Assembly: GCA_965267575.1 (NCBI GenBank)
Contig: OZ254086.1
Location: 800,001 to 864,000 of the forward strand
Direction: 5' to 3'
DNA length: 64,000 nt
Origin: Calditrichales bacterium
GTDB lineage: Bacteria > Calditrichota > Calditrichia > Calditrichales > J004
The translations under genes were made by a program, and so were the position numbers. Positions 18,201 to 26,447 of this stretch are shown here, in pieces. The notes below the pieces were generated by a model that saw only the letters and a program-made list of their open reading frames with translations, did not search any database and was not told where the DNA came from. Position 1 is the stretch's first letter. Each line of letters starts with the position of its first letter.

Positions 18201-20670
18201 TACGGATGACGAGATCGAAATGGCTTTCAGCATCATCAAAGCGCCCGGTGATGTATTCCGTCTCGCTCAGTTCCCTGTACAATTTCCAGCACAATTCGTA
18301 TGCAGTTTGCCAGGCATCGCCCAAAAGCCGGGCGGCGGTTGTAAAATACTGGTAGGCCGCCTCAAAAGCCGCCGATCGTTTGGCCTTTTCACCGGCCTGC
18401 AGATTGAGAGCAGCCAGCTTCATTTTGTCGGTCGATTCTTCCGCCCGCTTGCCGCTCAGATTGAGGTGGTGAATGATATCGTAAATGTGCTCGGCGGTCT
18501 GCTCTTCGTTCATGCTTTCCAGGAATTGCCGGCCAATTTTGTAATGCACTTCTTCCCTGTCCGCCAGAGGCAGCATATCATAGGCCGCCTGCTGCACGCG
18601 GTCATGCAAAAAGCGGTAACTGACAGTTGTGTCAACACCGGCCGGCTCGCTGTCTGCGCCACTTTCAAAAATAAACTTGTAGGAATCATCAAGCGCCATC
18701 AGCAGGCCCTGCTTCAAAGGCACCCACAGGTGCGTAGCTACGCGCGTAACGGGCATTCCGGCAATCAAGCCCAGCGTTTTAAGGTCAAACGTGTTGCCGA
18801 TGCACGAGGCCAGAAGAATCACGCGGCGTGATTCCCCGGGCAGGGCTTTCAGCTTTCCGGCCATCAGTTCAACCACGTTTTCAGAAATGCCCAGCTTGCG
18901 GATCGCCTCGCTGTTCCAGCTCCAGCCGGGACCCTTGTCGTTGCGGTAGAGCCATTTTTTCTCATAAATGTCGGTCATAAACTGCCGCACGAAAAAAGGA
19001 TTCCCCTGCGTTTTTTCAAAAACCAGGGCAGCCAGCGGCGCCGTTTTTTCCGGTTCACTGTAGAGGGCGTCAGCCACAAGTTGCGTCACATCTTTTTGCA
19101 GTAACGGCTTCAAACGCAGCGGAGTAACGGAAAAGCCCCTCTTTTCCAGGTCATTCAGCAGCAGGCTCAGGGGATGATGCGCGTCCACGTGATTATCGCG
19201 GTAAGCGCAGATAAGCAGCAACGAAAGATTGTTGTAGTCTTCCACGATCTGCCGGATAATTTCGAGCGAGGCGCGGTCGGCCCACTGCACATCGTCGAGA
19301 AAAAGCACCAGCGGATGCTCGCTGCCTTCTGCAAAAATTTCCAGGAAATTTTTAAAAACGCGGTTAAAACGGTTGCGCGATTCCTGTGCCGGAAGAGGCT
19401 GCAAAGGAGGCTGCGGTCCGGTAATAAATTCAAGCTCCGGTATCACGTCGATAATTACACGGATGTTTGAGCCCAGCTTTTTCTCAAAGCTGCTTTTCCA
19501 ACCGGCGATGCGGCTCTCTTTTTCGGTAAGTATCTGTTTCAGCAAACGCCGGAAAGCTTCCAGGATGGAAAAGTACGGTGTCTCACGATTGAGCTGGTCG
19601 AACTTGCCGGAGGTAAAATAACCGCGGTATTGCGTCAGCGGCTTGTAGATCTCATTTACCAGGGCGGTCTTGCCAATGCCGGAATAACCGCTGACGGTTA
19701 CAAAACGTGTATGTCCGCTAACAACATCGTCAAAAACTTTGCTGAGAATTTTGATCTCCTCTTCCCGGCCGTAAAGCTTTTGCGGCAAATTAAACACATC
19801 ATGCTCATCGTGCCTGCCCACCGGAAAAGAATCGATGCGCTCCTTTTTGGTCCATTGCAGCAGGCATTCTTCCAGGTCCGCCTTAAGCCCGTTGATGCTT
19901 TGATAGCGGTCCTCGGCGTTTTTGGCCAGCAGCTTCATTACGATTTCGGAGATCATTTCCGGGATTTCACCGTTCTTCTGTGTCGGTGAAGGCGGAATGC
20001 GCGCAATATGGCTGTGCACCATTTCCAGCGGATCGCGCGAGCGGAATGGCGGGTGGCCGATCAGGATTTCATAAAGCACGGCGCCGAGGGCATAGAAGTC
20101 GGAGCGATAATCCACGGAGCGGTTCATGCGGCCGGTTTGCTCCGGCGAGATGTAAGGCAGTGACGAATCAAGATACGTGCTGTTAAACAGGCGCGGTGCT
20201 TCCACGCTCAGCAAGGACGCATTACCAAAATTGAGGATTTTCACTTCACCGCGGGCCAGGTTTACGAGGATGTTTTCCGGGTTCAAAGCATTGTGGATAA
20301 TCTGCGCGCGGTGGATAGCGGCAATGCTCTCGGCCAGCTTTATGCCCAGCCTTAAAAAAGAGGGTATGTCAATGCGCGCATCACGAATAGCCTCAGCCAG
20401 CCAGATGCCGTCAAAGTCGGACAAAACCAGCATCTGGCTTTCGCCATCATAAAACTTGTCCATGGCCTCCGGCACGGCAGGCGTGTGCATGCTTTTAAGC
20501 AGATTGTATTCATGGATAAGGCGGTTGTTGACCGAACCGTTGCCTTGCGCGGCCAGCGCCTTCTTAAGCAGCACCGGCCGGCCGTCTTCTTCTTTGCGCG
20601 CCCTGTACAGATTATGGTCACGACGCTTTTGGATCAGTTGCAGTTCACTAAAACCGGAAATCGAGGGCAT
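15286..20670 (-). CDS. Trifunctional Ser/Thr kinase-like / AAA ATPase / TPR-like / GAF / histidine kinase
   Basis: YISPEQTGRMNRSVDYRSDFY; Walker A GYSGIGKT, Walker B LFLDDVQW; FLHDRVQQAAY; GAF (LYLEN); AHELKNPLNF H-box; DNGTG and GTGLGL. Confidence 0.93.
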   Translation of the reverse strand: MPSISGFSELQLIQKRRDHNLYRARKEEDGRPVLLKKALAAQGNGSVNNRLIHEYNLLKSMHTPAVPEAMDKFYDGESQMLVLSDFDGIWLAEAIRDARIDIPSFLRLGIKLAESIAAIHRAQIIHNALNPENILVNLARGEVKILNFGNASLLSVEAPRLFNSTYLDSSLPYISPEQTGRMNRSVDYRSDFYALGAVLYEILIGHPPFRSRDPLEMVHSHIARIPPSPTQKNGEIPEMISEIVMKLLAKNAEDRYQSINGLKADLEECLLQWTKKERIDSFPVGRHDEHDVFNLPQKLYGREEEIKILSKVFDDVVSGHTRFVTVSGYSGIGKTALVNEIYKPLTQYRGYFTSGKFDQLNRETPYFSILEAFRRLLKQILTEKESRIAGWKSSFEKKLGSNIRVIIDVIPELEFITGPQPPLQPLPAQESRNRFNRVFKNFLEIFAEGSEHPLVLFLDDVQWADRASLEIIRQIVEDYNNLSLLLICAYRDNHVDAHHPLSLLLNDLEKRGFSVTPLRLKPLLQKDVTQLVADALYSEPEKTAPLAALVFEKTQGNPFFVRQFMTDIYEKKWLYRNDKGPGWSWNSEAIRKLGISENVVELMAGKLKALPGESRRVILLASCIGNTFDLKTLGLIAGMPVTRVATHLWVPLKQGLLMALDDSYKFIFESGADSEPAGVDTTVSYRFLHDRVQQAAYDMLPLADREEVHYKIGRQFLESMNEEQTAEHIYDIIHHLNLSGKRAEESTDKMKLAALNLQAGEKAKRSAAFEAAYQYFTTAARLLGDAWQTAYELCWKLYRELSETEYITGRFDDAESHFDLVIRNTESNVEKARIYITKVRLYTHINKVDEALTTGRFAARLLDINIPANPTRLQVAREFVLAKIRLFGRKPADLYNLPEMTNPGARAAIDLISHMLTAAYFTGPEMIGLLNLKMMRLVLKHGNPDSASHVYSQYGLLVGAGSGQYEEAYQFGQLALRLADEKNMPYWKSKTYLAMGAIINHWRRPMADNLPILREAWHSAQESGDLLYALYANSFTIHSKVSMGVELKGLQKEIERFLDYSQKIRHTSLDLLAYHKMISELTGPGEQDSYDFEDEGLLAEIREARDLSAEVQFFICRLKNAFFRGDYEQARAFAEDAEKVQHGAFGQLMELEYRFYTALTLIFLFRQGSRKQHRTIKAHLKKLKAWAENCPENYKHHYQLVRNEYARVSGNDRFDARHYDEAISAAASQQNYPVAALACERAVSWYLERRQQRVAFMYLLECLRFCGQWGAGIVQERFKEKYKDLLDMAPAISSGLEEAGTAAKGQGSISSALDIDTILKASQTLSSEIRLERLLENIMRIVLANAGAERAVFLLLEKEALLVKATCRAKDEAIETLQNMPVTRFNEIPQSVVRFVQNTAESVLLADAGNEGDFTSDAYIKENRVKSMLAMAVRYKGSLKGVLYLENNLTTHAFSRQRIELLEMLSNEMAISIENALLYTELQDANKQLAEYSKSLEEKVQKRTEDLQRRSEDLAQANSQLQDTLSRLRQTQDQLVQSEKLVSLGQLTAGIAHELKNPLNFVANFSEVSAEYVAELEDLLQKESLTEEAAEEVRDLTGFLRGNMEKISSHSKRADGIIRSMMLHARGSSGQQEETDINRLVREAMNLVYHGLRAQIPEFNVDLQSELDDKLPQIRALPQDLSRVFLNTINNACYAAWERHKEKGGGAIVKLSSELKDNAILVHVYDNGTGISKEMRDKIFTPFHTSKPTGSGTGLGLSISHDIIKAHGGSITFESKENDHTTFTISLPLADNPS

Positions 20671-20679
20671 TTACAATCC

Positions 20680-21351
20680 TTAAGCGATTTTAATTTTTCC
20701 TTTACGACGCATGGTGAACAGCGTGATGTAAAACATGTCCAGTATAAAGGCGATGATGCCCATGGCGTGCAGGAAGTGGTTTTCCGGATAGTGCAGCAGC
20801 ATAAAAACCGTATTGGCACCGGTACCGAAAGTGCGCAGATAAGCCACCCACGTCGAAAAACCGGTGATGTTAGGCTGACGCAGAATCAGCAGAATATAGA
20901 GCGTTGAGATAAAAAGCTGACAGATATAAGCCGAGTTCGCGCCGATGGATGTATCGAATCCCTGCTTTGTAAATAAATAGTATAACAGCGTCATAGCCAG
21001 CATGGCAATCACAATAAGATAGCGATAGTGCTGATGCAGGTAGGGCGTAAATACGTTTTTGATACCGTACTTGATAACCATGTAAAAAATAAAGATATCC
21101 AGCACCAGCCAGGAGCGATAGGTCCAGACCAGCAGCTGACCCATGTCCGTTTCAAAAAACGTGGACCACAAAAACTCCCAGGCAAAGTTGGACGCCGCCG
21201 CAAAAACGGGCATTTCTATTACTTTATACTTGATGCCGTTGCGCACGATAATGGCGTAGGCAACCACCCACATCAGGCATCCTCCGAAAAACAAGACCAT
21301 CTCATGCGGCGGATACTGGCTAAGATTTAATAAGCTGCTGCTGTCTGTCAT
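20680..21351 (-). CDS. Integral membrane terpene cyclase-like protein (PaxB/AtmB/Pyr4/XiaE family)
   Basis: About 7 TM; W..AY..I.......MP..A...NFAWE, WLVLD, and C-terminal LD..Y motifs typical of the family. Confidence 0.75.
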   Translation of the reverse strand: MTDSSSLLNLSQYPPHEMVLFFGGCLMWVVAYAIIVRNGIKYKVIEMPVFAAASNFAWEFLWSTFFETDMGQLLVWTYRSWLVLDIFIFYMVIKYGIKNVFTPYLHQHYRYLIVIAMLAMTLLYYLFTKQGFDTSIGANSAYICQLFISTLYILLILRQPNITGFSTWVAYLRTFGTGANTVFMLLHYPENHFLHAMGIIAFILDMFYITLFTMRRKGKIKIA

Positions 21352-21375
21352 AAGGCCTCCATTATGAAAACAGGA

Positions 21376-22554
21376 TTACCGGTTCACCATTTCGCGTACG
21401 TCTTTTAGCGTAACGGGAACGGTAAACGTAATTTCGTGTCCGAATTTTTTGTTAATCATGCGCCGGAAAACGCCTTCACTGAGGAAATGATGGCTGCTGG
21501 GAAAGTGCCGCGTTTCCGGGTTGAACAGGGTGTAAACAGCCATGTAGGCTTTAGGCATGTTAAACAGCAGCCACTTGAAAAGCGGAAAGCCGGGAAGCGG
21601 CCGGATGCCCACGCGGCGGCAGGCCTCTCTGCCGATCAGGTGTTGTGTGTAAATGCGCGGCGCCAAACCAAAACCCAGCAGCCGCAGCCAGAACGGTACC
21701 AGTTTTTTCAACATTTTCAGGTTGGCCCGCGAAAGCTGCACACCATCCGGATTTTTATCGGCGCTGGTGTAATGGCGGCGGGCGTATTCGTTGTACAGGG
21801 TACGGGCGTCATCCACGTTGTCCGGCAAATAGTCCATGGAAGCCGGTTCTCCGGGCGGGTGAATTCCGATCATCAGCGCGTAGACATTCCACATATAAAG
21901 ATAATCTTCGGCCTCCTGCCTGCTGAAGGGAAATTCCAGAATTTCCATCCCATCTATCACCAGCAGAGAAAATCCGAGAATGGTTGCCAGCATATCTTCA
22001 TGATTGATGGCCACGCCGTATCTTTTGGCGTAATCCGGTACATGCCTGTGTGCCACATGGCGGATTCCGGCGTGCAGCAGGCGCAGTTTCTGGGCCGTGA
22101 TCACCGCCTTGCCCTCATGTTCAAAGCCGCGACCGGCGCCCACGTTCAGCACCATCTGCAGAACCTGCAGCAGGCGGCGGTAGGGCTTACGCTCGAGGTT
22201 TCCGGACATGTTAAGAATTTTGGCAAGGCCGGGCGATGCGTAGCCCTCATTAAGGCTCTTAACAAGCAGAACAAGCGCGGCAGGAAAGGCGTGGCGCCCA
22301 AATGCTTCCTCGGCACGGGCAATGCGCTGCAGGTCCACTGTTTCGGGGAGGCGGCTGGTTAAATCATAAAATTCTGTAAAAGCCGGGTGCATCTCCGGGG
22401 CGGGCCGGTGGTCGTTGGTATTCAGCTCTTTGAACAGAAAGCGCAGGTCTTCGATTTCTTTATCGGCGATGAGGCGCTGCAGGTAATCATCGGCCAGGGC
22501 GTCTCCCTGATCGCGCAGCGTGTTGAGAAAGTCGTCGTTCCAGCGATGTGCCAT
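21376..22554 (-). CDS. MpaB / latex-clearing-protein (Lcp) family heme oxygenase
   Basis: GDALAD, SL.EGYA.P, LRLLHAGIR (heme His motif), INHEDM.AT...FS, YLYMW....LMIG; ATG 22554 with GGAGG RBS. Confidence 0.82.
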   Translation of the reverse strand: MAHRWNDDFLNTLRDQGDALADDYLQRLIADKEIEDLRFLFKELNTNDHRPAPEMHPAFTEFYDLTSRLPETVDLQRIARAEEAFGRHAFPAALVLLVKSLNEGYASPGLAKILNMSGNLERKPYRRLLQVLQMVLNVGAGRGFEHEGKAVITAQKLRLLHAGIRHVAHRHVPDYAKRYGVAINHEDMLATILGFSLLVIDGMEILEFPFSRQEAEDYLYMWNVYALMIGIHPPGEPASMDYLPDNVDDARTLYNEYARRHYTSADKNPDGVQLSRANLKMLKKLVPFWLRLLGFGLAPRIYTQHLIGREACRRVGIRPLPGFPLFKWLLFNMPKAYMAVYTLFNPETRHFPSSHHFLSEGVFRRMINKKFGHEITFTVPVTLKDVREMVNR

Positions 22555-22585
22555 GGCACCCTCCGTGCATAAAGGGCAAGAAATA

Positions 22586-23746
22586 TCAGTCTTTGTATTG
22601 TACAGCCAGCATGGTGATGTCGTCCGACTGTTCCGTGCCCCGGGTAAACTGCTCAATCTGCTCCTGCAAATCGTGGATCAGTTTTTCCGGGTTTTTGGTT
22701 TCAGCTTTGGACAAACTCTCTTCCAGCCGCTGCTCGGAGAACTCATTCTCCTCTTCATCCATGGCTTCGTTAACGCCGTCCGTGTAAAAAAATACAGTCT
22801 GCCCGGGCTGCAGCGCGATCGTTCCGCTGACATAGCTGAAATCGGGCATAAAACTAAGCGGTATGCCGCCGTTGGCGGGTATTTCCTTCAGCTCGCCGTT
22901 CGTGCTTACAATGTAAAACGGGTTATGCCCGCCATTGCAGAAGGTGAGCTGGCCGTTGGTCAAATCGAGGATGCCGTAAATCAGGGTAACAAATACGGCA
23001 GGATCGCTTTGCTGGTGCAGGATATTGTTTACGCTGCGCAGGCATTTGCCCGGATCCATACCCGTTATGGCATGGGCCTTAAGCAGGCTTTTGCATAACA
23101 CCATAAACAACGCAGCCGGCACTCCCTTGCCGGAAACATCACCGATGCAAAAACCAAGCTTTTGATTTTCCACCATAAAGAAATCGTAAAAATCTCCGCC
23201 GACGGCACGGGCCGGTTTCATGCTGGCTTCTATGGCAAAATGGGGTTTATCGTGGAATTCGGGTCGCACGGGTGGCAGCATGCGGCGCTGAATGTCACGC
23301 GCCACTTTCAGCTCATTTTCGAAAGAGAGAACGCGGTTGCGGTCATCCATCGCCTGGCGCATTTGCTCCACTTCACGCAGCGTTTTGTTGATCGTAATTT
23401 CCAGGTCTTCGAAATCGATGGGCTTGGTGATGAAGTCGAAGGCGCCGCGGTTAAGCGCCGTACGGATATTTTTCATGTCACCATAAGCGGAAATGATGAC
23501 GGGACGCAAATCCGGAAATAATTCATTTATTTCGCTTAGCAGCGTAAGGCCGTCCATACGGGGCATATTGATATCGGTAAGCACAACGTCAATGCGCCGG
23601 CCCTGTTTTAGAATATCAAGGGCTTCAACGCCATCCGCGGCAAATGAAAAATAAAATTCCTTTGCCTTGATGTGTTTACGGAATCGTTGTTCAATCAACG
23701 AAGAAAGGTCCGGTTCGTCGTCAACGACCAAGATATGGGCAGGCAT
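22586..23746 (-). CDS. Response regulator receiver fused to SpoIIE/PP2C phosphatase (RsbU-like)
   Basis: VVDDE, TDINMP, FITKP; VGGDFYD, GDVSGKG, YTDG, DDIT. Confidence 0.93.
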   Translation of the reverse strand: MPAHILVVDDEPDLSSLIEQRFRKHIKAKEFYFSFAADGVEALDILKQGRRIDVVLTDINMPRMDGLTLLSEINELFPDLRPVIISAYGDMKNIRTALNRGAFDFITKPIDFEDLEITINKTLREVEQMRQAMDDRNRVLSFENELKVARDIQRRMLPPVRPEFHDKPHFAIEASMKPARAVGGDFYDFFMVENQKLGFCIGDVSGKGVPAALFMVLCKSLLKAHAITGMDPGKCLRSVNNILHQQSDPAVFVTLIYGILDLTNGQLTFCNGGHNPFYIVSTNGELKEIPANGGIPLSFMPDFSYVSGTIALQPGQTVFFYTDGVNEAMDEEENEFSEQRLEESLSKAETKNPEKLIHDLQEQIEQFTRGTEQSDDITMLAVQYKD

Positions 23747-23843
23747 GCTCCCCTCCGATCAGCCTGTAGTCAAGTCGTTTAGAAATACGTGTTTAAGTGG
23801 CGCAATATAAACCAAAGAGTGAGAGAATCAAAAAAATGATAAG

Positions 23844-23878
23844 AAAAAAGGCGGCCCATGAAAAGAAAGACCGCCTTT
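23844..23878 (-). terminator. Intrinsic terminator after ccmF
   Basis: aaaggcgg...ccgccttt stem followed by a U-tract on the minus strand. Confidence 0.65.
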
Positions 23879-23888
23879 CTATTAATCG

Positions 23889-26114
23889 CTATGCAAACCT
23901 GTTTTTTGCGGCAACGATGGTGCCCAGCGTCAGCAAGATCGTTCCCAGCCAAAGGACGTTCATGAATGGCTTTTTGCTCACTTCCACCAGAAGCTGCTTT
24001 TGAGGAGCAGCCTGGGCTGATTTGGAGCCCGCACCTTCCAGGGCAATTTCCACGCGACCGGAGCCGGCATCGATCCCGTGCAGATCAATCATTATTTCCT
24101 GGCCGCCCGCAGAGGTAAAGGTTGCCGGCTGCGACGTGCGCTGGCCGTTTTCCATCAGAACGGCGGGTGTAATATCATATTCATTACCGTCGCGACTAAC
24201 TTTCAGCCTGGCGCCAACATGGAAGGCATTGGTGTTTTCGTGGCTGGACATATCAAAATCTATAAATGTGATTTGATAGCCGGACATCTCAACCGTCTGC
24301 CCTTTGCTGATCACTTTATGCTCATGATCGTGACCCGTGGCCGCACCGCCCTGCCGCACCACTTGCAATGGAGATATATAAGTATCGCTGAAAAGAGAGC
24401 GCTCAACGTGCGGCTCGTGCATTTCGCTGCGTGTATAATCGTTCATGTAAAGACGCGGACGGGCCTCATAGCTGTCGCCGCCCTCCATCACTTTTATAAT
24501 CAGGCCGTCTTTACCGTCGGGGCTTTGGAAATCGCCGCTGTAGGTCATGGTCAGATCAAAGACATTTTGCGGCTGTTCCAGCGGCAGCAGCACACGCTGG
24601 TCTTCGGCAAAACGCCCGGCCATTATGATACCGATGAACATCATACCAAGACCGATATGTCCCAGCGGCGCGGCTGTATTGCTGAAACCGAAACGCAGCT
24701 TCTGGAAAAAGACAATCAGATTGCTGGTAAAAGCGATGGCGCTTACGATCAGAAAGAGCAGCAGCCAGACGTCTGTAAGCCCAAAGACAAAGCCCAGCAC
24801 GCCAACGATCAATCCGCTGGCGACGGTGGGTGTCAGTTTGCGCATAAGGTCGGGGAAGTCGTGCCCGCGCCAGGACAGAAAAGGCGCGACAGAAAGCAGC
24901 AAGGCAATCAGAATACCGATGGGCAGGTTCACATCATTATAAAAGGAGATGTCCACCTGCGAAGGCTGCCCGGCTATGCCCGTAAGGATAGGAGAAGAGG
25001 TGCCGATGAGCGTGAGAAACGCCGAAAGCAGCAGCACGACCATCGAATAGAACAGAACGCTTTCTTTAGTAAACTTGGAAAAGTCGATTTTTTCACCGGG
25101 TATGGCGTCGCGCCTGCTGTAAAAAAAGCCCAGCCCGCCAACAAATGCCAGCAGCATAAAAATTATCAGGTAAATATCAATGCCGCGGTCGGCGAAGGAG
25201 TGTACGGAAAAATCGGCCAACACCCCGCTGCGTGTCAGGTAAGTGGCGTAAATTACAAGTGTGAATGAAACAATCGACAAAGCGATATTGCTTTTATGCA
25301 GCGCGTTGGTTGTGCGCGTAATGAGCATGCCATGGAACAAGGCCAGAACTGCCAGCCAGGCGATCAGTGAAGAGTTTTCCACCGGGTCCCAGCCCCAGTA
25401 ACCACCCCAGCCCAGCACTTCGTAGGCCCAGAAACCACCGATGATAATACCGGCGCCGAGTGTTACGGAAGCGAACAGCGTCCAGGGTAATGCGATGTGT
25501 ACCCACTCTTTAAAATCCTTTTGCCACAGGGTAGCCAGGGCCAGCGCAAAAGGCACGCTGACGGCGGCATAACCAATAAACAGGATCGGCGGATGGATCA
25601 CCATCCAGGGGTTTTGCAACAGCGGATTAAGACCGGCACCATCGGGAGGATTGCCCTGCTGAATCTCGAAGGGACTGGCTTTTATAAGCAGAATAAGAAA
25701 AGCCGCCTGTACCAGATTGTAAAACAGCATGGAGCGCGCTTCGAACTGCCGTGAGCTTCGGATCAGCCATAAGCCGATCAGAGCAATCATCAATGCCCAG
25801 AACAGGAAGGAGCCTTCCTGGCCGGCCCAAAAAGATGAGAACAGATAGCCAAAGCCCAGATCGCGGGATGAGTATTGATAAACGTATAGTACCTTAAACT
25901 GGTGTGAAAAAAGCAGGTACCAAAGATAAACAGAGGCCAGAACAACCAGCGTGGTCATAGTGTAGTAGGCGAAGCGGGCACGTTTTAAGGTATCCGCCAG
26001 GATTTTGTCGGCACGCTTTTTCTTTGGATCCACCCATGTGGCCTGAAGATAAGCCCAGGCGGAGAAAAGTGTTGCAGCCAAAGCCAGGTAAATAGCCAGA
26101 AAACCCAATTTCAT
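23889..26114 (-). CDS. ccmF: Cytochrome c heme lyase CcmF/NrfE
   Basis: WAGQEGSFLFW, GLNPLLQNPWMVIHPP, WAYEVLGWGGYWGWDPVENSS (WWD), TRSG..SVHSF. Confidence 0.92.
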   Translation of the reverse strand: MKLGFLAIYLALAATLFSAWAYLQATWVDPKKKRADKILADTLKRARFAYYTMTTLVVLASVYLWYLLFSHQFKVLYVYQYSSRDLGFGYLFSSFWAGQEGSFLFWALMIALIGLWLIRSSRQFEARSMLFYNLVQAAFLILLIKASPFEIQQGNPPDGAGLNPLLQNPWMVIHPPILFIGYAAVSVPFALALATLWQKDFKEWVHIALPWTLFASVTLGAGIIIGGFWAYEVLGWGGYWGWDPVENSSLIAWLAVLALFHGMLITRTTNALHKSNIALSIVSFTLVIYATYLTRSGVLADFSVHSFADRGIDIYLIIFMLLAFVGGLGFFYSRRDAIPGEKIDFSKFTKESVLFYSMVVLLLSAFLTLIGTSSPILTGIAGQPSQVDISFYNDVNLPIGILIALLLSVAPFLSWRGHDFPDLMRKLTPTVASGLIVGVLGFVFGLTDVWLLLFLIVSAIAFTSNLIVFFQKLRFGFSNTAAPLGHIGLGMMFIGIIMAGRFAEDQRVLLPLEQPQNVFDLTMTYSGDFQSPDGKDGLIIKVMEGGDSYEARPRLYMNDYTRSEMHEPHVERSLFSDTYISPLQVVRQGGAATGHDHEHKVISKGQTVEMSGYQITFIDFDMSSHENTNAFHVGARLKVSRDGNEYDITPAVLMENGQRTSQPATFTSAGGQEIMIDLHGIDAGSGRVEIALEGAGSKSAQAAPQKQLLVEVSKKPFMNVLWLGTILLTLGTIVAAKNRFA

Positions 26115-26447
26115 TTTCGATTCCTTTCTTAGGGATTACGGGGTACGGAATTAAGATATAAATATACACATAATATTTAACGGCGCAAACGACTTTAGAC
26201 GCTTTCTGTACGATTTTGCATCGCATAAGCAGGACGGCAAAAACCAGATGTTTTAATAGCTTGAAGAAGAAAACTACGGCCCAGGGTGCCGTTTACTTAT
26301 TTCGTAGTATTCACCGCGCATCAGTATCGCTTCATTCATTGTGATCAAAAACAAAAATACTTGCTTATTTTCTTTATCAGCGAAATTTCGCTTGACAACC
26401 GATTTTCACGTCCTATATTTTTCCCGCAAACAAAAAAAGGCCTGGTA

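Noticed and set aside
20680-22554. Complete indole-terpene or meroterpenoid biosynthetic cluster
   Set aside because: No prenyltransferase, polyprenyl synthase or flavin epoxidase nearby; the flanking genes are signalling proteins.
26286-26447. N-terminal extensions given by the ORF track (also 8118, 4780, 22656, 43681, 33542, 58791)
   Set aside because: Downstream ATGs fit family N-termini and mostly have better RBSs; the extensions overlap promoters, repeats or neighbouring genes.
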